Positions 26,456 to 39,900 of a stretch of DNA of 64,000 nt are shown piece by piece; the stretch's first letter is position 1, and the number at the start of each line of letters is the position of its first letter. Below the pieces are notes generated by a model. It did not search any database. It worked only from the letters and a program-made list of their open reading frames with translations, and was not told the origin of the DNA. A program made the translations under genes and the position numbers. The DNA lies in assembly GCA_965649765.1 (NCBI GenBank), contig OZ287754.1, positions 61,504,001 through 61,568,000 of the forward strand, in the 5' to 3' direction. Origin of the DNA: Bispira polyomma. Lineage: Eukaryota.

Positions 26456-28749
26456 ATAAAAATAATACTTCTACAGGTGGTCTCTTCCTTACTGTTTCTG
26501 AGAGCGATGGTAGCTTAGGACAAGGATGATTGGAGGAGCTGGTTTACAGTTTGTCTGTATCTGAAGGAGTATACTCACAGATTCAGAATTTTCCAATTTG
26601 ACACATTACTAAACTTTGCGCCATGTTACTGTAACAAAAAACAAACAGCAACTGATTAAAGTAAGTGAAAGATTTTTAGACAGCAGTACATATTATTAAA
26701 TGATAATATAACCGTGCAATTTGCATATGTCTGCACCATTTAATCAGACACTTTAAAATGCTTAATTATTTGAAAATTTGGTATTATATCTCTATCAGTT
26801 TTTAGTGTGTAAAATGTTCTTAGCTAATATATGATATATGTTGATTTTATGAAACTATTAGAAATGTAGTTATTTGTCTTCCCGAAGATATAATATTTGA
26901 TTCTCTACAACTTATATAAGTTACTACAATACCCATGCTAAAAATTCAATGAATAAGATAATAATCCCATACCAGAAGTTTATTGTTAAACACTTTTACA
27001 ACTCCCAGTGCATAATGGAATATATTGTCTGGCCAATTTAGTTTGTGAACTGTAAAAGTAAACCTATATTGACTCGCAGGCAAAAAACTAAAAAACTCAA
27101 TATTTTTTCTTATTTTGCCTAATTCTGTGAATGGAAATAGCTATTCATAACTCCATCGCTTACTTGCCATAGTTCTGTTTATACATAGTTAGATATATTT
27201 TAGAGGCTGAAATAGAATTTATTTGTTTTTCTTTTTCATCAAATTCTTCACAATGTGTACATATAAATTCACAGTACAAAAGCAAAATACAAAAAGTATA
27301 ACCATGTCTATCACAAAACTACATGAAGTGTGGCAGAGTGGCCTAGAAGCTTGGCTGGCGTTTGAGTGGCACTAGTGTGCCTGGTAATGCCACCATTGGG
27401 GATGAATAGCCTTGGCCAAGATGTGATAATACAATTAGTCTTATGATGACCAGCAATGCTTATGTAGTCATATGCTCCAATGGTAAAGTAACTTAAAATT
27501 ATGGAAAATTGATATAAAACTCTCCCCTGAGTAATAATGCACCCATAAACAACACATTTATAGGATATAATATAAAGAAGTCCACATTCAACATCCTTTT
27601 CTGTCGGTAATTCACTAGAAGACATCTAGCTCAACCTCCTCAGAGGTTTCTTACATTATGATGGATTATTTAAAATGTATGTACACATGTAGAGTTTTAA
27701 GTTTTTAATGAATACATGCAAATGCTAACTGTATGTTCAAATATTCTGATTGAATTTTATATTTAGTCTTTATTTTAAAGTATGTCTTTTCCCAGAAAAT
27801 TTCATATGTATTCTACAGAACCAGATGCTCCTGAACTCACAAAATGATTAAAAACATATTACCCCACAATAATTTATGACTTTATTATTAATTCGCTCAC
27901 TTTGGATTCTAATGTATTTTCCTAACTAGAAAGTAAAATTAGTGTCTTTCACAAATTCCCTAAAATCCATTCAATAAGTGTAAAAAGTACATTATGTATC
28001 AGGGATTTTGCAAAATCACTGACTGAATGTAATTCGCTGTAACATATATAGCTTTATGTGTTACCTTATATACCCTGAGCTTTATGCTGTCCATTTGAAG
28101 ATATAGCTGACATCAATAATGGCGCATAAGTACACAATAAGTGACTGAGACAATAGAATAGCCACCAGAAGGGTTCACTGCTCTCAGTTTTGAACTCTGA
28201 GTTTGATGTAAACTGGTTTTTACCAGTTACATCCTGACTCTATTCTGTATCTTCCTGGTGGCCATGACCTTAGTGGTGTTTATTTTAGAACTAGAAAGAC
28301 CGGATGAACTGGTGCTTTTGGGGGGGAGTTTGTCTGGTGATTGGAAGATTCCGATTCGACTCCTGTTGATGCTGCTAGGTTCATTGGTGGGTTAACATAA
28401 TTTGGCAAGATGTGAACATGCGATTGCCTACTGATGACGACCCGAACTATGTTGCAGGACAGACGATTGGTTGATTGATTCGGTTGTTGCACTTTAGAAG
28501 ATGCGTTAAAAATATTTTATAATTTTAGAACACATACGAATCATTCTATTGAATAAAGTATTCATACTTAAACCATAGCAGCCTGGGGTACTATGTTAGC
28601 TTTGTTTCAACATGCCTTAGTCTCCGGACTACAATTTTCAATGATGTAAAAGATTGTCAGTGCTTTCAGTTCCACAATGTGTACAGGAGATATAGCACAA
28701 GAATGAATGAAAGATATTAAGTGGGTTTTACAAACGCTATACTAAAGAC

Positions 28750-28881
28750 TACCAGTATCTATCTATTATCCGAACTTCAAATATTCAACTTTATATTCAA
28801 CTTATTTACATATCTGTTCTATTTTTTTTGTATCCTAACAAAAAATTCCAACATGTTCGGATGATAGAAGTTTTACTGTAT
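28750..28881. mobile_element. Degenerate TA-flanked Tc1/pogo-type MITE
   Basis: cagtatctatctattatccgaac ... gttcggatgatagaagttttactgta inverted termini. Confidence 0.6.
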
Positions 28882-28899
28882 TACTCGTATCTCCCATTG

Positions 28900-29537
28900 T
28901 GCGTTATCCTTTGATATACAATATATGTCACACCTGTTACTATCACATTTGTGATATCAAATCAGAAATCTCTTGTCTCTGGATAGTGCTGTTACTGTGG
29001 CTGATTCCCTTGTAAGTAACCACCTGGACTACTGCAATTCCCTTCTGTTTGCAGTAAAAAAGACTCACAATAACAAGTTATATTACAGTTGAAACTGTGT
29101 ATTTTGGGTTATTCTTTCGTACTGATGTCTTTCTATATCTAAGCATATTACATTGGCTTCCTGTTTTAAAATCCATGTCACCACTTATAAAGCAGTTGTC
29201 TCCCAACAGCTCCCCTACCTTGCTACTTGTCTTTCCTTCGGTTACCTTAAGAGAGGCAAGAGACTTTCTTTGTAAAACCTACCTAGAGGGCTGAAGATAG
29301 AGATCTTTTCAATTGCTGCTCCCATGTTATACAATAGTCTCTTAGTTGAAGCTTAGATCACTGTCTGGATTTAGGAGAACATTTAAAACTCTTTTTAACC
29401 CTCAATCAACCCCCCTCCTTCCACACACAATCCTTCCTTACAATCTGGCCATATTATTATAATTGATTCTGTTGTTGCACTTTAGAAGATGCCTCACATC
29501 AATAAGGCGTGTGAAAAGTACCAAATACAATACAATA
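28900..29537 (+). mobile_element. Old L2/CR1-clade LINE 3' end with (AATAC)n-type tail
   Basis: LVSNHLDYCNSLL, LHWLPV and FSIAAPMLYNSL motifs; ends aaaagtaccaaatacaatacaata. Confidence 0.8.
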
Positions 29538-29999
29538 TTGTATAGACTGAAACAGACTTGCAGTCATACATTATGATTTGTAATATACTCCTTATGTCAT
29601 ACATCAGGACATTGTGTAACAGTTATTCTTGTACAACAGAAATGACAATAAATTAGTATCAGAATGTATGGAGTCTTACAGGTAAAACAAGTTTACCAAA
29701 ATGAAGTGAATAGATGATGGTCTAATTTTTAATATATTCTAATTGTTATATTGATATATATCCTTCACCAACCATGAAACATGCTATGTTCAAAACTGTT
29801 GTCTTGGTTTAAAAATATAGGAACAAAGGTCAACCCAAATCGTTTAGTCCCTATCTGTCTGTTTACACTTCTGTTGTATGTAAGACTGCAAATATTCCAC
29901 ACAAGTCAGTATTTCCTCTGAAGAACTACATCGGCAGCAGTGGTATATCATAGTATAAGAGTATATCTCCAAGTTCAAGAAAGACAACAAACAAATAAG

Positions 30000-30581
30000 C
30001 AACTCTGCTGATTTCTTACCAGTCAACATATTGCAAAATTCCCTTTAATAATCTTTTGTTGTTCGCAATTCTGGTACTCTCATGCATATCAACAACTGGA
30101 TTAACCAACAGGTATCCCCTCCTTACAGATCCCATCACTCAATAGAGAGTGCAGTTATTTTCATTAAAAATGACCTCATAACATATTCTAACAAGGCTAG
30201 ATCTTTCATTAGCCTCTCATACTATTAACCATGCAATCCTAGACTTGTTCATGGTTTGGAATTACTGGTACCACACTAAGATGTTTTACCTTCTCTTTAA
30301 CTGGCCAGACACAGGTGGTAAAGGTCGACTCCTGTCTTTCATGCAGCTTCAAATTGGAGTTCCACAAGTTCTATCCTTTGTTCTTTACTGTTGTTACTTT
30401 ACACTACACTCCTTAGTTACATAATCAACACTTATAACAATGCTAAATTCGACTAATATGGAAATGACACAAATGTAACTCCAACAACGCCTCACCTTCT
30501 TTTCTGGTACTTTGGGAATGTCTCACTCATATACAATCTTGGATGTTTTAAAAACAAGCTCCAGCTTAATTAAGACAAAAC
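30000..30581 (+). mobile_element. Heavily decayed L2/CR1 RT fragment
   Basis: Remnants of HS.ESA..IKND, GVPQ and NKLQLN*DKT, matching the RT of the 51-53.8 kb element. Confidence 0.65.
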
Positions 30582-31061
30582 AGTTACCCTCGCTTTGTGA
30601 TATCATCTTAGCATAGTAGGCACGTTTTGAGTCATTTATAGTGTTGTTGCACCAGGTGATCCATTGGCGTAGTCTAGATCTGTTTGTAGTAGTTTTGTTT
30701 CGGCGCCATGTTCGTGCGGCTTGTCTGCGCAGCATCTTCATTTCACGATAATTACTGGTGATCCACTCAGGTGCCGGCTTCTTCAATGTCTTTGATTTAC
30801 ATAGCGCATGGCGTTCTATAAGAGAGTGCAGGTCAGCGCAGTACTTTGTGTATAGGTCAGTGGCATTATCAGCAGACTTGACGAAGGCCGTATCTGCCAA
30901 CTCTCGTCTAAGGTCAGACATATTGATTTTTTGAAATTGCCAAAAGTGATTTGTGTGACATCAAAAGATGATGGGGAGGGAGCATCAATTTCACAGGATA
31001 TCGAAAAATGATCACTGATGCAACCAATGTTTTTTATGTTTCTGATACCATTGAAATCAGT
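30582..31061 (-). mobile_element. Young internal fragment of the same L2 family as the 51030-53812 element
   Basis: Reverse complement is near-identical to 51376-51859 (MSDLRRELADTAF...SQSEG). Confidence 0.92.
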
Positions 31062-32896
31062 CCTTTCATGTACGTATCAAATCATTATGATCTGCTTCAG
31101 CTCCGAACATGTTTCCATGAGAAAGACAAATGTTTCAGATTGCTCAAAACATCTATGGTGGCATATTTTCTCCCGAACGAATATACCCATCTCTAATTGT
31201 TTCACAAACATTGCACCAATGTAGCAAAAACAACTGCCTTAATCAGTATGATTAGGAACTATTGTGAAATGATGCAACGTTTATAAAACATAGAGCCACA
31301 CTTATGACAATATCACCACCTAGGGATTTGGCTATTAAACAATGTGCAACAATTTGCAACGTTTTGATCTGTTAACTTCCAATTTTAACTGAATAGACTT
31401 TTAGGGCCATGATGCTGTCCCAAGTTCAACAATTGAATACACGTGTGTCCCATGAATGTGGTACTATCTTTCCTACCTTGCACCATGAGAACCTGACATC
31501 CATTTTTTAGCCTGTCAACCAAAAGAACCATATTTTGGCGATAATTTCAAATGCCATGTTAAAGAGGTATCCGGATCTGAAAAATTCTGAAGGCCAATAT
31601 AAATCAAAATAAAATTCAACTCTATCAACACAGTAAAAGGGATAGTAATATTAAAATCATCTCAAATATGGGAGAAAACAGGGCTCAGTCAGCACTATTT
31701 AAAAAACCTGGAATTCGAAAAATATTCTGTGCCACAAGGCCCAACATAACTGAATTTCGGCTTTTAACATTTTGGTTAAAAGCTTAGCTTTTAATTTAGT
31801 CAAACAACGCTTTGTTAATACCAAGGCAGATATAGGAGAATAATATTCTTTATTGAAATTCTCAGCATTTTTAGATGTAGATGACCTTTGGGATTGCCTG
31901 GAGTAAATCATTCCATAGACGATGTTTACTTTCTTGTTATTGTTAATAGTACCACAGTGTTCAACTCATTCAGTGGACCAACCGTATCTAGTCCAAACAA
32001 TGTGTACATTTACATAGAATTTGAATTTAGTTGGGTTTAAAGTTGCTTTCAACAGCTTAGTACATGTCACAATGGTGTCATGACGGCCAGATTGTGCAGG
32101 AAGTACAAACAGAAACCACTCAACAAGATGACCACCTTTTGGCCTCGTGCAAAACTCCTCTTCAAATTAAGATACATTTGTATATTACGCTTTTTGGTAA
32201 CAACCTTTTGCTAGCCCCTGGACCTTCCCTTTTTGGATATCAGTGCCTTAGGGGATGTTCTTATCAATTTGGAGCTTTATGGATGCCTTAATTATTATTA
32301 AGATTAAACAATATGTATAACCCATTCTGCTGTAAAATATTGTGTGCAAGTTATTGACCAGGTTTTTGGTGTTCATTTAGGCAATTGACAAGGTTTTTGG
32401 TGTCCATTTTACTTAATCTATCAAACCAGGACTTGACAAAAAGTATGCCTAATATAAAATATGAACTAAATTTAAATTTATTTATTTGTTGTCACAACGA
32501 TTAGCTTTGATCTTTGTTTACACTGTCTCTGATGTTCTACTTGTGACTTAGTCAAAACTGTTTGTAAACATAACAAAGTACCATATGTTTTTGAGAGTTT
32601 TCTTAGAAGTATGATCATTTAATTTTAGGAGAAAGATGTCTATGGAGGGTAAGCGAAAGTAAAGAGATGGATAGGATCCAATCCATTGAGTAGTTGTGGT
32701 ATCAAAATTATGTTTCCCTTGGTAAGCCTGCTGAAAGACAACAATGAGACAAGATATGAGGGATGACATAGGTTTACAGCTTTCTATGTAGTAACTTTGG
32801 TCTTAAAAATGATGAGATACTCGACAGGTAGCCAATGAAGCCTTTTGAGAAAAGGAGTTGTACTGACACAATATCCCATACAGCACACTAAGGTTT

Positions 32897-33579
32897 ATAA
32901 TTGTATCCACTGGAAAACTCTGGTAGATACATTGGTTTACGCTTTGCTATGCCGCCGCATCAGTGAGTAGATATTTTACCGTTACCAATCTCCTAGGAAA
33001 ACTGTTCTACCTAGGCTCCTAAAATTTAGAGGAAATGTTCTTTATTACAAAGGCTTGCCTGTGTGTAATTTTGGCCTCATTTTAAAAAACAAGATGGCCT
33101 CCACAGGCATTTCTTTGAAAAAAATCAAGCTTTTAACTGTGTCTGTTCAATTGCTTTACGGGCAATATATGCAATGGATATATATGTCTTGTATAAGCAT
33201 GCAGACATTTGACCTTTAATCTCCCCATTCAAGGTCATAGACAGAGTGCCAAAGTACCCAAGTGCCCTAATTTTGCCAAACTTAAAAGTGCCTTCATCTC
33301 ACTTTATAATGGTCCTAGAGTAATCTGTTGTTGTGGTCAGATTTGACCTTGGACCCCTCAAGCAAGGTCAAACTTTAAATGCCTATCTCACACTTATTAT
33401 TGGTCCCACAGGTTTGCAATGTGAAACCCACTTGTGCCATTAAAGGCTTTAGCATAAATGCCCTATAGGAAATCATATGCTTTAGCTTGGGTGCTAACTA
33501 GGGTGCTTGCCACCTAGGGTGCTTTATCTTTCTGGTAGATACAAGTATGCATCGGTTCTCCAATGCGCTATGTCTAGTT
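32897..33579 (-). mobile_element. Helentron-like non-autonomous element related to 40642-42430, without the expanded array
   Basis: Reverse strand starts aactagac and ends gcggcggcatagcaaagcgtaaaccaatgtatctaccagagttttccagtggatacaatta (terminal palindrome). It shares ggtcaaatctgaccac, ttttggcact and aaatgaggc blocks with the 40.6-42.4 kb element. Confidence 0.75.
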
Positions 33580-34309
33580 AATGTTATGTGTTCGTGTATT
33601 ACAGACATGTATAGAGAGAAACACACATATCAACAGCAAAATATTTATTTACAATGTAGCACTAAAAGTACAACTTAGTGTAAAATAAGCTGTATTGTGT
33701 ACTGATATGTAAACATGAATTACGTTGTTTTAATAAGAAAAAAAAACCCAAGTTTTCTTGCCCAAGTGCAGTTCAATAAAATCACATTGATGGGGCATTC
33801 AAGTTTTAAATTCTACCCATAATGCTGCAACTTTAATAACTGGGAAAAATATCTCTACTTAGGCAGGATTTTTTACTTAAAACGGTAGATTTTAAAATAA
33901 AAGGCATTTGTTCATATGTATGAAAATACTCACTTTAAAACAAAATAATAATTACAACAGAGATTCTTCCAAAACGATCTATTAATAAAATCTATAATAT
34001 TAATACGCTTTCAAATATATTTTCTCTACTTTGACAACAGTAAACTTTAATTTTTAGACCTTGTTCTCTCCTGTACACACGAAAAATACCATGACACAAT
34101 CATATTGAGGATCTATTACAAAAGAATACAAAACAAGGTATATTTTACAAGGAAACGTTATATGTGTTAACATATATATAAAGACAGAAGTAACAAAAAT
34201 AAAAAGACCATTTAGTTTTACTAGTTACTAGAAACACAGGATGTGAATTCTTCTAGTTTTTTTATTCAAAATTGTATAACAAGTTGTTTTATTCATATAC
34301 ATCATAATA

Positions 34310-36607
34310 TCAAAAGTGTTGTACCACCAATACTGCAGGTATACAATACAGGTACTCGAAATCTGACTTAAATTCAGTGTTTAAAACCTGAAACAAGAAA
34401 AAAGCAACTATAATTCAATTTTTTAAGTATTTTTAAAATATTCTTGTAATCATTCATTTTAATAGAGCTTTCAATGCTGAATTCAAATATGCAGTGAGAT
34501 GTTTGGAATCTTTTACTTTAGTATTTTTTTATGTGTCTTCACTCTTGCCAGAGATAGGTGGGGAGGTTCTATTTGAGCTTTAGTGGGAGCTTGGAGAATA
34601 CAGCCCCTAAACAGAAGGAATTAACTGTTAGTATTAGACTTTAGATCACTGGTGTACTAGTAGTTGTACAGTCCCATCTTTTTGTTGTTTTTTCTTGGTC
34701 ACTTCACTATCCTTAGTAACCCCCGTTGTTACTCACGGTTTCTACAATTGTCTCAGCAGTAGACACCACCACAGCCACAGTGATAATGATTATCAGAAAA
34801 CTAATTATCACTGGAAAAAAAACAGGTAATGATTTAAAAAAAAAGATAGGATCTTTACATTTTGTTATATATATATATTTTTTTTTTAAAATAAAAAATA
34901 GTTTATTTTCCCTATTAAATTCTGAGTCATATATGACAAAGGTTTCACAAAGTTGGCATAAAAATTAAACAATTGCCATAATGTCCATGATGATTAGCAA
35001 TACACTACTATTTATAGTATTCAGAAAGCGATCAAATGTTGCCTCCAAATTTGTTAAATATTTTATAATAAAATGAAAACATGATAATTTGTTGAGCTTT
35101 GTTTGACTTGTGGAAAAAAGTAAATGATTTTGGGATAGTGGTAATCAGTTTTAAAAAGAAATCAAATATTCGGATAGAAATTTGAATAATCGACGTACTG
35201 CTGTATATGTACTCACGGAAGTGCAAGGAGTTAAAAAAAATAGAAGATTTATTTTTGGATAAAACATCCAAAAAAACATCAATTCTGTGAAAGTAGAAAT
35301 AAGTTCCTAATACTGAATATTTGTATGACAGACAGTGCGTACTCACCTAGTACCAAGGACAGGACCCAGAAGACCTTAGCAATAGAGTTACTGTTGCGGG
35401 CACTTCCATACTTGGCGTCTCCATGCTGGACATAAGCATTGGCCGAGTAGATCATACCCAGTATGGAGCTGATCATTATAACAGGGTTGATACAGAAACA
35501 GCCTCCAAAGATGAATCTACATACAGAGAGATACAATCCCTAAAGAATGGATGGAGAGGTTACCATAACAACAGGGTTGATACAACAACAGCCTCTAAAG
35601 AAGAATCTACATAGAGATACAATACCTAAAGAATGGATGGAGAGGTTATCATAACAACGGGGTTGAAACAACAACAACCTCCAAAGATGAATCTACATAA
35701 AGAGAGATACAATACCTAAATAATAAATAGAGGTTACCATAACAACGGGATTGATACAACAACTAGTTAGTTAGCTAGTTAGTGTTAACGTCACTTTCAA
35801 CAACTTTGTGTCATATCATGAATTAAAGGGCAGTTTACTGGTGGAAGAAGTCAGAGTAGTTGGTCAAGTCTTTCTGCTCTACAACCCCACCGGCCATCAG
35901 CAAGTCTACTGCCAACTTTCTCAGATGCACACCAGTTCCGAGATTAAAAAACCCTATACTATTGCAGAAGTGGGAGAAGAGTGAGTTATCACTACACCAA
36001 CGAGACCCCCGATATACAGAGATAGTGTACCTACTAAAAGCTAAACAAACGATATATGTTACTATAAAAGCGGAGTTGATACAAGCAACAGCTTCCATAT
36101 ATACCTCTATCAATAACTATGCCCTTTCAGGTTCTGGTTTCAACACAATATTATATCCATATTCTCTGCAAGAAATTCAATGTCTACACAAGCCTTCCAA
36201 TGAGTTGAAAATTTGATTAAATCCAGCACAAGTTGATAAATGGTCATCCCTAAGCCTCTCTCTTCAGTTAGGGGGATGATAGCTAACCGATGCTGGTTGG
36301 CAGTCAAGAAAAGGGTTAATAAGTGCTTTGAATACCAGCTAAAGTTAGTAGGAGTATGAATCTGAAAACAAATACACTAAACATTAAGATTATGTAGAGT
36401 AGAAGCCACTCACGTGATGAAAGACATGATAAAGTCACACCATCTGAACTTCTCTGTGTACAAGTGGGTGGATGTGGGCGTCTGTTGTACTATCACCTGT
36501 TGGTTCATGGCGTCGTAACCATAGCCTTGTTGACCCACGGGCTGCATGGCCCCATTAGCATCCCTGGTCAGGGGGTTGTTAAACTGTTCCATCTTTACTG
36601 TAGACAT
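34310..36607 (-). CDS. CD225/dispanin (IFITM-like) membrane protein; exons 36414-36607, 35347-35516, 34737-34810, 34310-34387 (171 aa), or a 3-exon form ending at 34713 (153 aa)
   Basis: All GT-AG junctions are canonical and phase-compatible (2, 1, 0). Product: Gln/Pro-rich N-terminus, then DFIMSFITFIFGGCFCINPVIMISSILGMIYSANAYVQHGDAKYGSARNSNSIAKVFWVLSLVLVIISFLIIIITVAVVV, the hydrophobic/YS...AR...AK/TM pattern of dispanins. An acceptor lies just upstream of the ATG, and AATAAA signals follow the last exon. Confidence 0.8.
35478..35763. repeat. Tandem repeat (~86-90-bp period, ~3.3 copies) of the exon-2 splice acceptor and exon start of the dispanin gene
   Basis: acagggttgataca...aaagatgaatctacata recurs at ~35481, 35571, 35657 and 35745. 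Confidence 0.9.
35765..36012 (-). mobile_element. Meta-like SINE in the dispanin intron, with a (TAAC)n-type tail
   Basis: Reverse strand: ggggtctcgttggtgtagtgat...gagaaagttggcagtagacttgctgatggccggtgg...cttcttccacc...gatatgac...gttgaaagtgacgttaacactaactagctaactaact. Confidence 0.7.
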
Positions 36608-36963
36608 GAGTGCACTGTAAATATTAACTTAATAAAAATAGCATTGGAGATATATATATGTCTACATATTTTGATTCGGTTATAAACTGACTGAGACTTT
36701 CCAACAAATATAAACCTTAGGTAATTTTTGTCGAATATTAATTTAAATGCTAGATACATCTTTTATCTGTACCTAAATTTTATTGTATAAAAAATAGGAG
36801 TGCCTATAATATAAGAATTTGGAATACAGAAGCTGAGCAGTGTACTAATCATGTACTGATTCAGTCAATCTACAGCCATCTATAGACAGGTTTGTGACCA
36901 AAAGAACAGCTAAGTTTATTATTATCATTAATTGCCTCCAATCAAGACAATTATATCGGTTAC

Positions 36964-36994
<31 letters not shown>

Positions 36995-38244
36995 ACATTT
37001 ACTCGAATTCTCAAAATTTGCTACAATTAAACATTGACGAGCTACAAAGACAAATCAAACATACCCATAGAGAACAATAACTGGTAGTAAGACTTAAATT
37101 TAAAGATGAATTTTTTGATAAAAATTGGCATGTATTCAAAAACCAAAAATGTATGTTATTGTACTTCAAATTTAAGTTTCCAATATGTTTACCACATAGG
37201 GGGATATATTGTGTCAATAGTGTCTAGTTGGGTGGAAACAGTAAATAAAGGCCCCTTACTTATCAATGAGTTCTTGAATATACTGATTTTTTTTTTTTTT
37301 TTTGCCATGCACATATAAAGGTACCAGATTTATAGACCCTGTATTTAAACACTTTGAACAAATCTATTGCCAGCTTAACAATCTATTTACTTAGTTCTCC
37401 ATAGATAACGATTTATGTTTCCAAGTTCTGTAACTTGTAAGAATTTTATATGTCTTCAGTCTGTGTAAATTGTCTTTATAGCTCTACTTGAGCTCAGGAA
37501 ATTGTTTTGTGTGTTTATAGGCACATGGCAAAGACAAGAATTCTCTGTGTGAACTTTGAATAAATCAATCTTTATATCAAAGATATATTGGTGCAAGAGA
37601 AATCCTACAGTTTATGTGCAGTAGTAACTGAATAAGATCAATGTCAACACATATATTGCTATTTATTTTTTTAACAGATAGCCTCATCAATGTTAAAAGA
37701 GACAATAGGGTGGTTTTTTTATTATAGTGACACTATAGTGTTTTGGTTGACATTCCCATTTTATATATATAGATACCTTTAGTCAATAACACCTATATTT
37801 TTACTGTGTAACAAAGTTTTACAGGACTTTAGATGACTTTCAAGGTCAAGGCAATAATGAATGTTCAAAATGTGCCAGGGTGTTGTGAGTTTACAAAGTT
37901 ATACATTTACAAACCCCATTTATTCAAGAATTAGAATTAAATTTATACTTTGTGGGATATTATTGGATTTCTATCACACTTTACTTCAGAGTCAGTGAAA
38001 AGTCAACACTACAGTAGCTTCCATATTTTTCAAGTTTACAAACTTTTTACTATCACTTTCTCTTGGCCATGGCAAAACTAATGTGTATATCCCTATTTTA
38101 AGTCCCAAATTTTATCCATCTTGTAGTGATGCTGTAGCCAGTCAAGACCCACTAACAGATGACCACCTGCCACACCATTCAGTGGCATAATATTGCAAAC
38201 AATAATTGTAAAGGTTAATCAAGGAAACATTCACCTAAGATAGA

Positions 38245-38499
38245 GTGGCCTAGTGGTTAGCAAGCATTGCGCTTCACAATCACTGGTCTCTCACCTCTGG
38301 GCAGCGTGAGTTCGATTCCCATCGATGCCTATGTGGGAAAGGTGGTAGTTCCTTACCGTAGGCCGCTGGTTTTAGTGCAGAACTTTGACCAACTGTATGC
38401 AGTGTTTCCTCCAGCGTTTCCAACTACCCGTCCCAATATAACCTAAACAGGTACTACAGTGGACGTTGAATATCCAAATTAAAAAGAAAAAAAAAAAAA
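38245..38499 (+). mobile_element. tRNA-derived SINE, poly(A) tail, ~14-bp TSD
   Basis: A box tggcctagtgg, B box gagttcgattc, poly(A). Flanks tcacctaagataga and tcatctaagatgga. Confidence 0.92.
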
Positions 38500-38514
38500 T
38501 CATCTAAGATGGAT

Positions 38515-38700
38515 AATTAGCCTCTATTATCTGACCCTCTATTATTATACGAATAGTCAATTTTACGAACTCAATTTCTCTCTCCCAAATAATTTTTTGC
38601 TACAGTTTTATACTAAAATGCCAGTTTTATTTGATGGACTTCTATTATCCAAACAAATTCTCACTCTCCCAAGATGTCTGTAAAAGAGAGGTTCTACTTG
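38515..38700. mobile_element. Degenerate Tc1/pogo-type MITE
   Basis: cctctattatc ... agagaggttctact inverted termini of the family seen at several places in the window. Confidence 0.5.
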
Positions 38701-39049
38701 ACTATCAGTAAAGTTTTATTTGGTCCTTTTATATGTATATATACGTTATCAATATTAAATCACCTGGAAGTAATTAAGCAAGTAGGGGATTATAAGTCTT
38801 AATAAATTTCCAATAACTTCTGCTATCTCCATTTCAATATTTCTGTAATCTCTAAACTCTTTTAGTTTGATAGTTCTATATTTATATTTCCTTTATTCTC
38901 AATCTCTGTACAGTAACTTTTTTGCATAAATATAATAATGTTTTGAAAACTCAAGTTATTCCTTCATTAAAACATACTAACATAGAGTATTGTACTAGTA
39001 TAATTATATGTAAACAAGATAAGAATAGAGTGGCCCCTGTGGACCACAT

Positions 39050-39900
39050 CGTCAGCTGTCATGAAGTGGAGGGGCTGTAAGTGTGGATAGGTAGTTGTTT
39101 GTTGGGGACAGGATTGAATTGTGGTGTGTAAAGGACTTATGTTTTGTTAAAGAGGGCAAAGGCAAGATTTTAGTTGTGTTGTGAAGTGGGATATGAAGTG
39201 ATGTTGTAGATGGAGATGTGAATGATGTTAGTGGATTATTTGGGGAGTGTTTATTGTTTGTCTAAAGATAAGGTTAACGTGTTATGGTCGAAGAAGGTGC
39301 AAGAAATGGTGGAGGGGTGTAGTGGGAGGGGTGAGAAGCATAAGTTAATGAGGGTGCCGTAGCAAGATGTTGTGGTAGATTGCTGTTGTGCTTGGAAGGT
39401 GACATTCATAGGTTGCAGCAATGTTTTATTTTGTGATTGTATATTGATGTTGAAATTGCCAAGGACAATGTACCTGTTAGTATTGTAAGACCGAAGGGGG
39501 GGTTGTATTTGTTGTGTAAATTTTTTATGTTAGGTGTGCTACAGTAATTTTCAGAGTATACGAGAACAACAACAATTGGAGTAGAAGGTAGTTGTTGTGA
39601 TTGTACAATCCTGTATTAAACTGTGGGGGTGTTGAAATGATGATGGGACAACACTATGCATAAATTCAGTATATAAATGATTAATCCATGCGGAGGTCTA
39701 GTTGTGTGGCGATGATGGGTTTGGTTGTTTCTGATGCATGTAAAGTGGTCAATGTGGTATGATTGTTGGTTTGTAGGTTGAAGTCTGGATTCACATATGG
39801 TAATGATGTCAGCGTCAGTTGAGATGTTAGAGATGATAAGTGGCGCTGTAAAGACTGTTCAAGTGAGTTATTTTGCACTGATTGTTTTGGTGGAATAGGT
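39050..39900 (-). mobile_element. Decayed retroelement or Helentron AP-endonuclease-like region
   Basis: Reverse translation gives RYIVLGNFNINI...YGTLINLCFS...TFFDHN, degenerate GDFN / LD / SDH motifs. The clade cannot be determined. Confidence 0.5.

Noticed and set aside
26493-26628. Minus-strand exon-like segment with an acceptor and donor-like sites
   Set aside because: All three frames from the acceptor hit stops. It could be a non-coding exon, but I cannot support that.
31420-32000. Possible minus-strand decayed RT (YSPISAL motif)
   Set aside because: Too degraded to assign from a single weak motif.
35860-36216. 118-aa ORF
   Set aside because: Chance frame across an intronic SINE, with a non-ATG start.
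38245-38330. tRNA gene
   Set aside because: A and B boxes are present, but the sequence continues into a shared core, poly(A) tail and TSD, so it is a SINE head. The same applies to the other copies.
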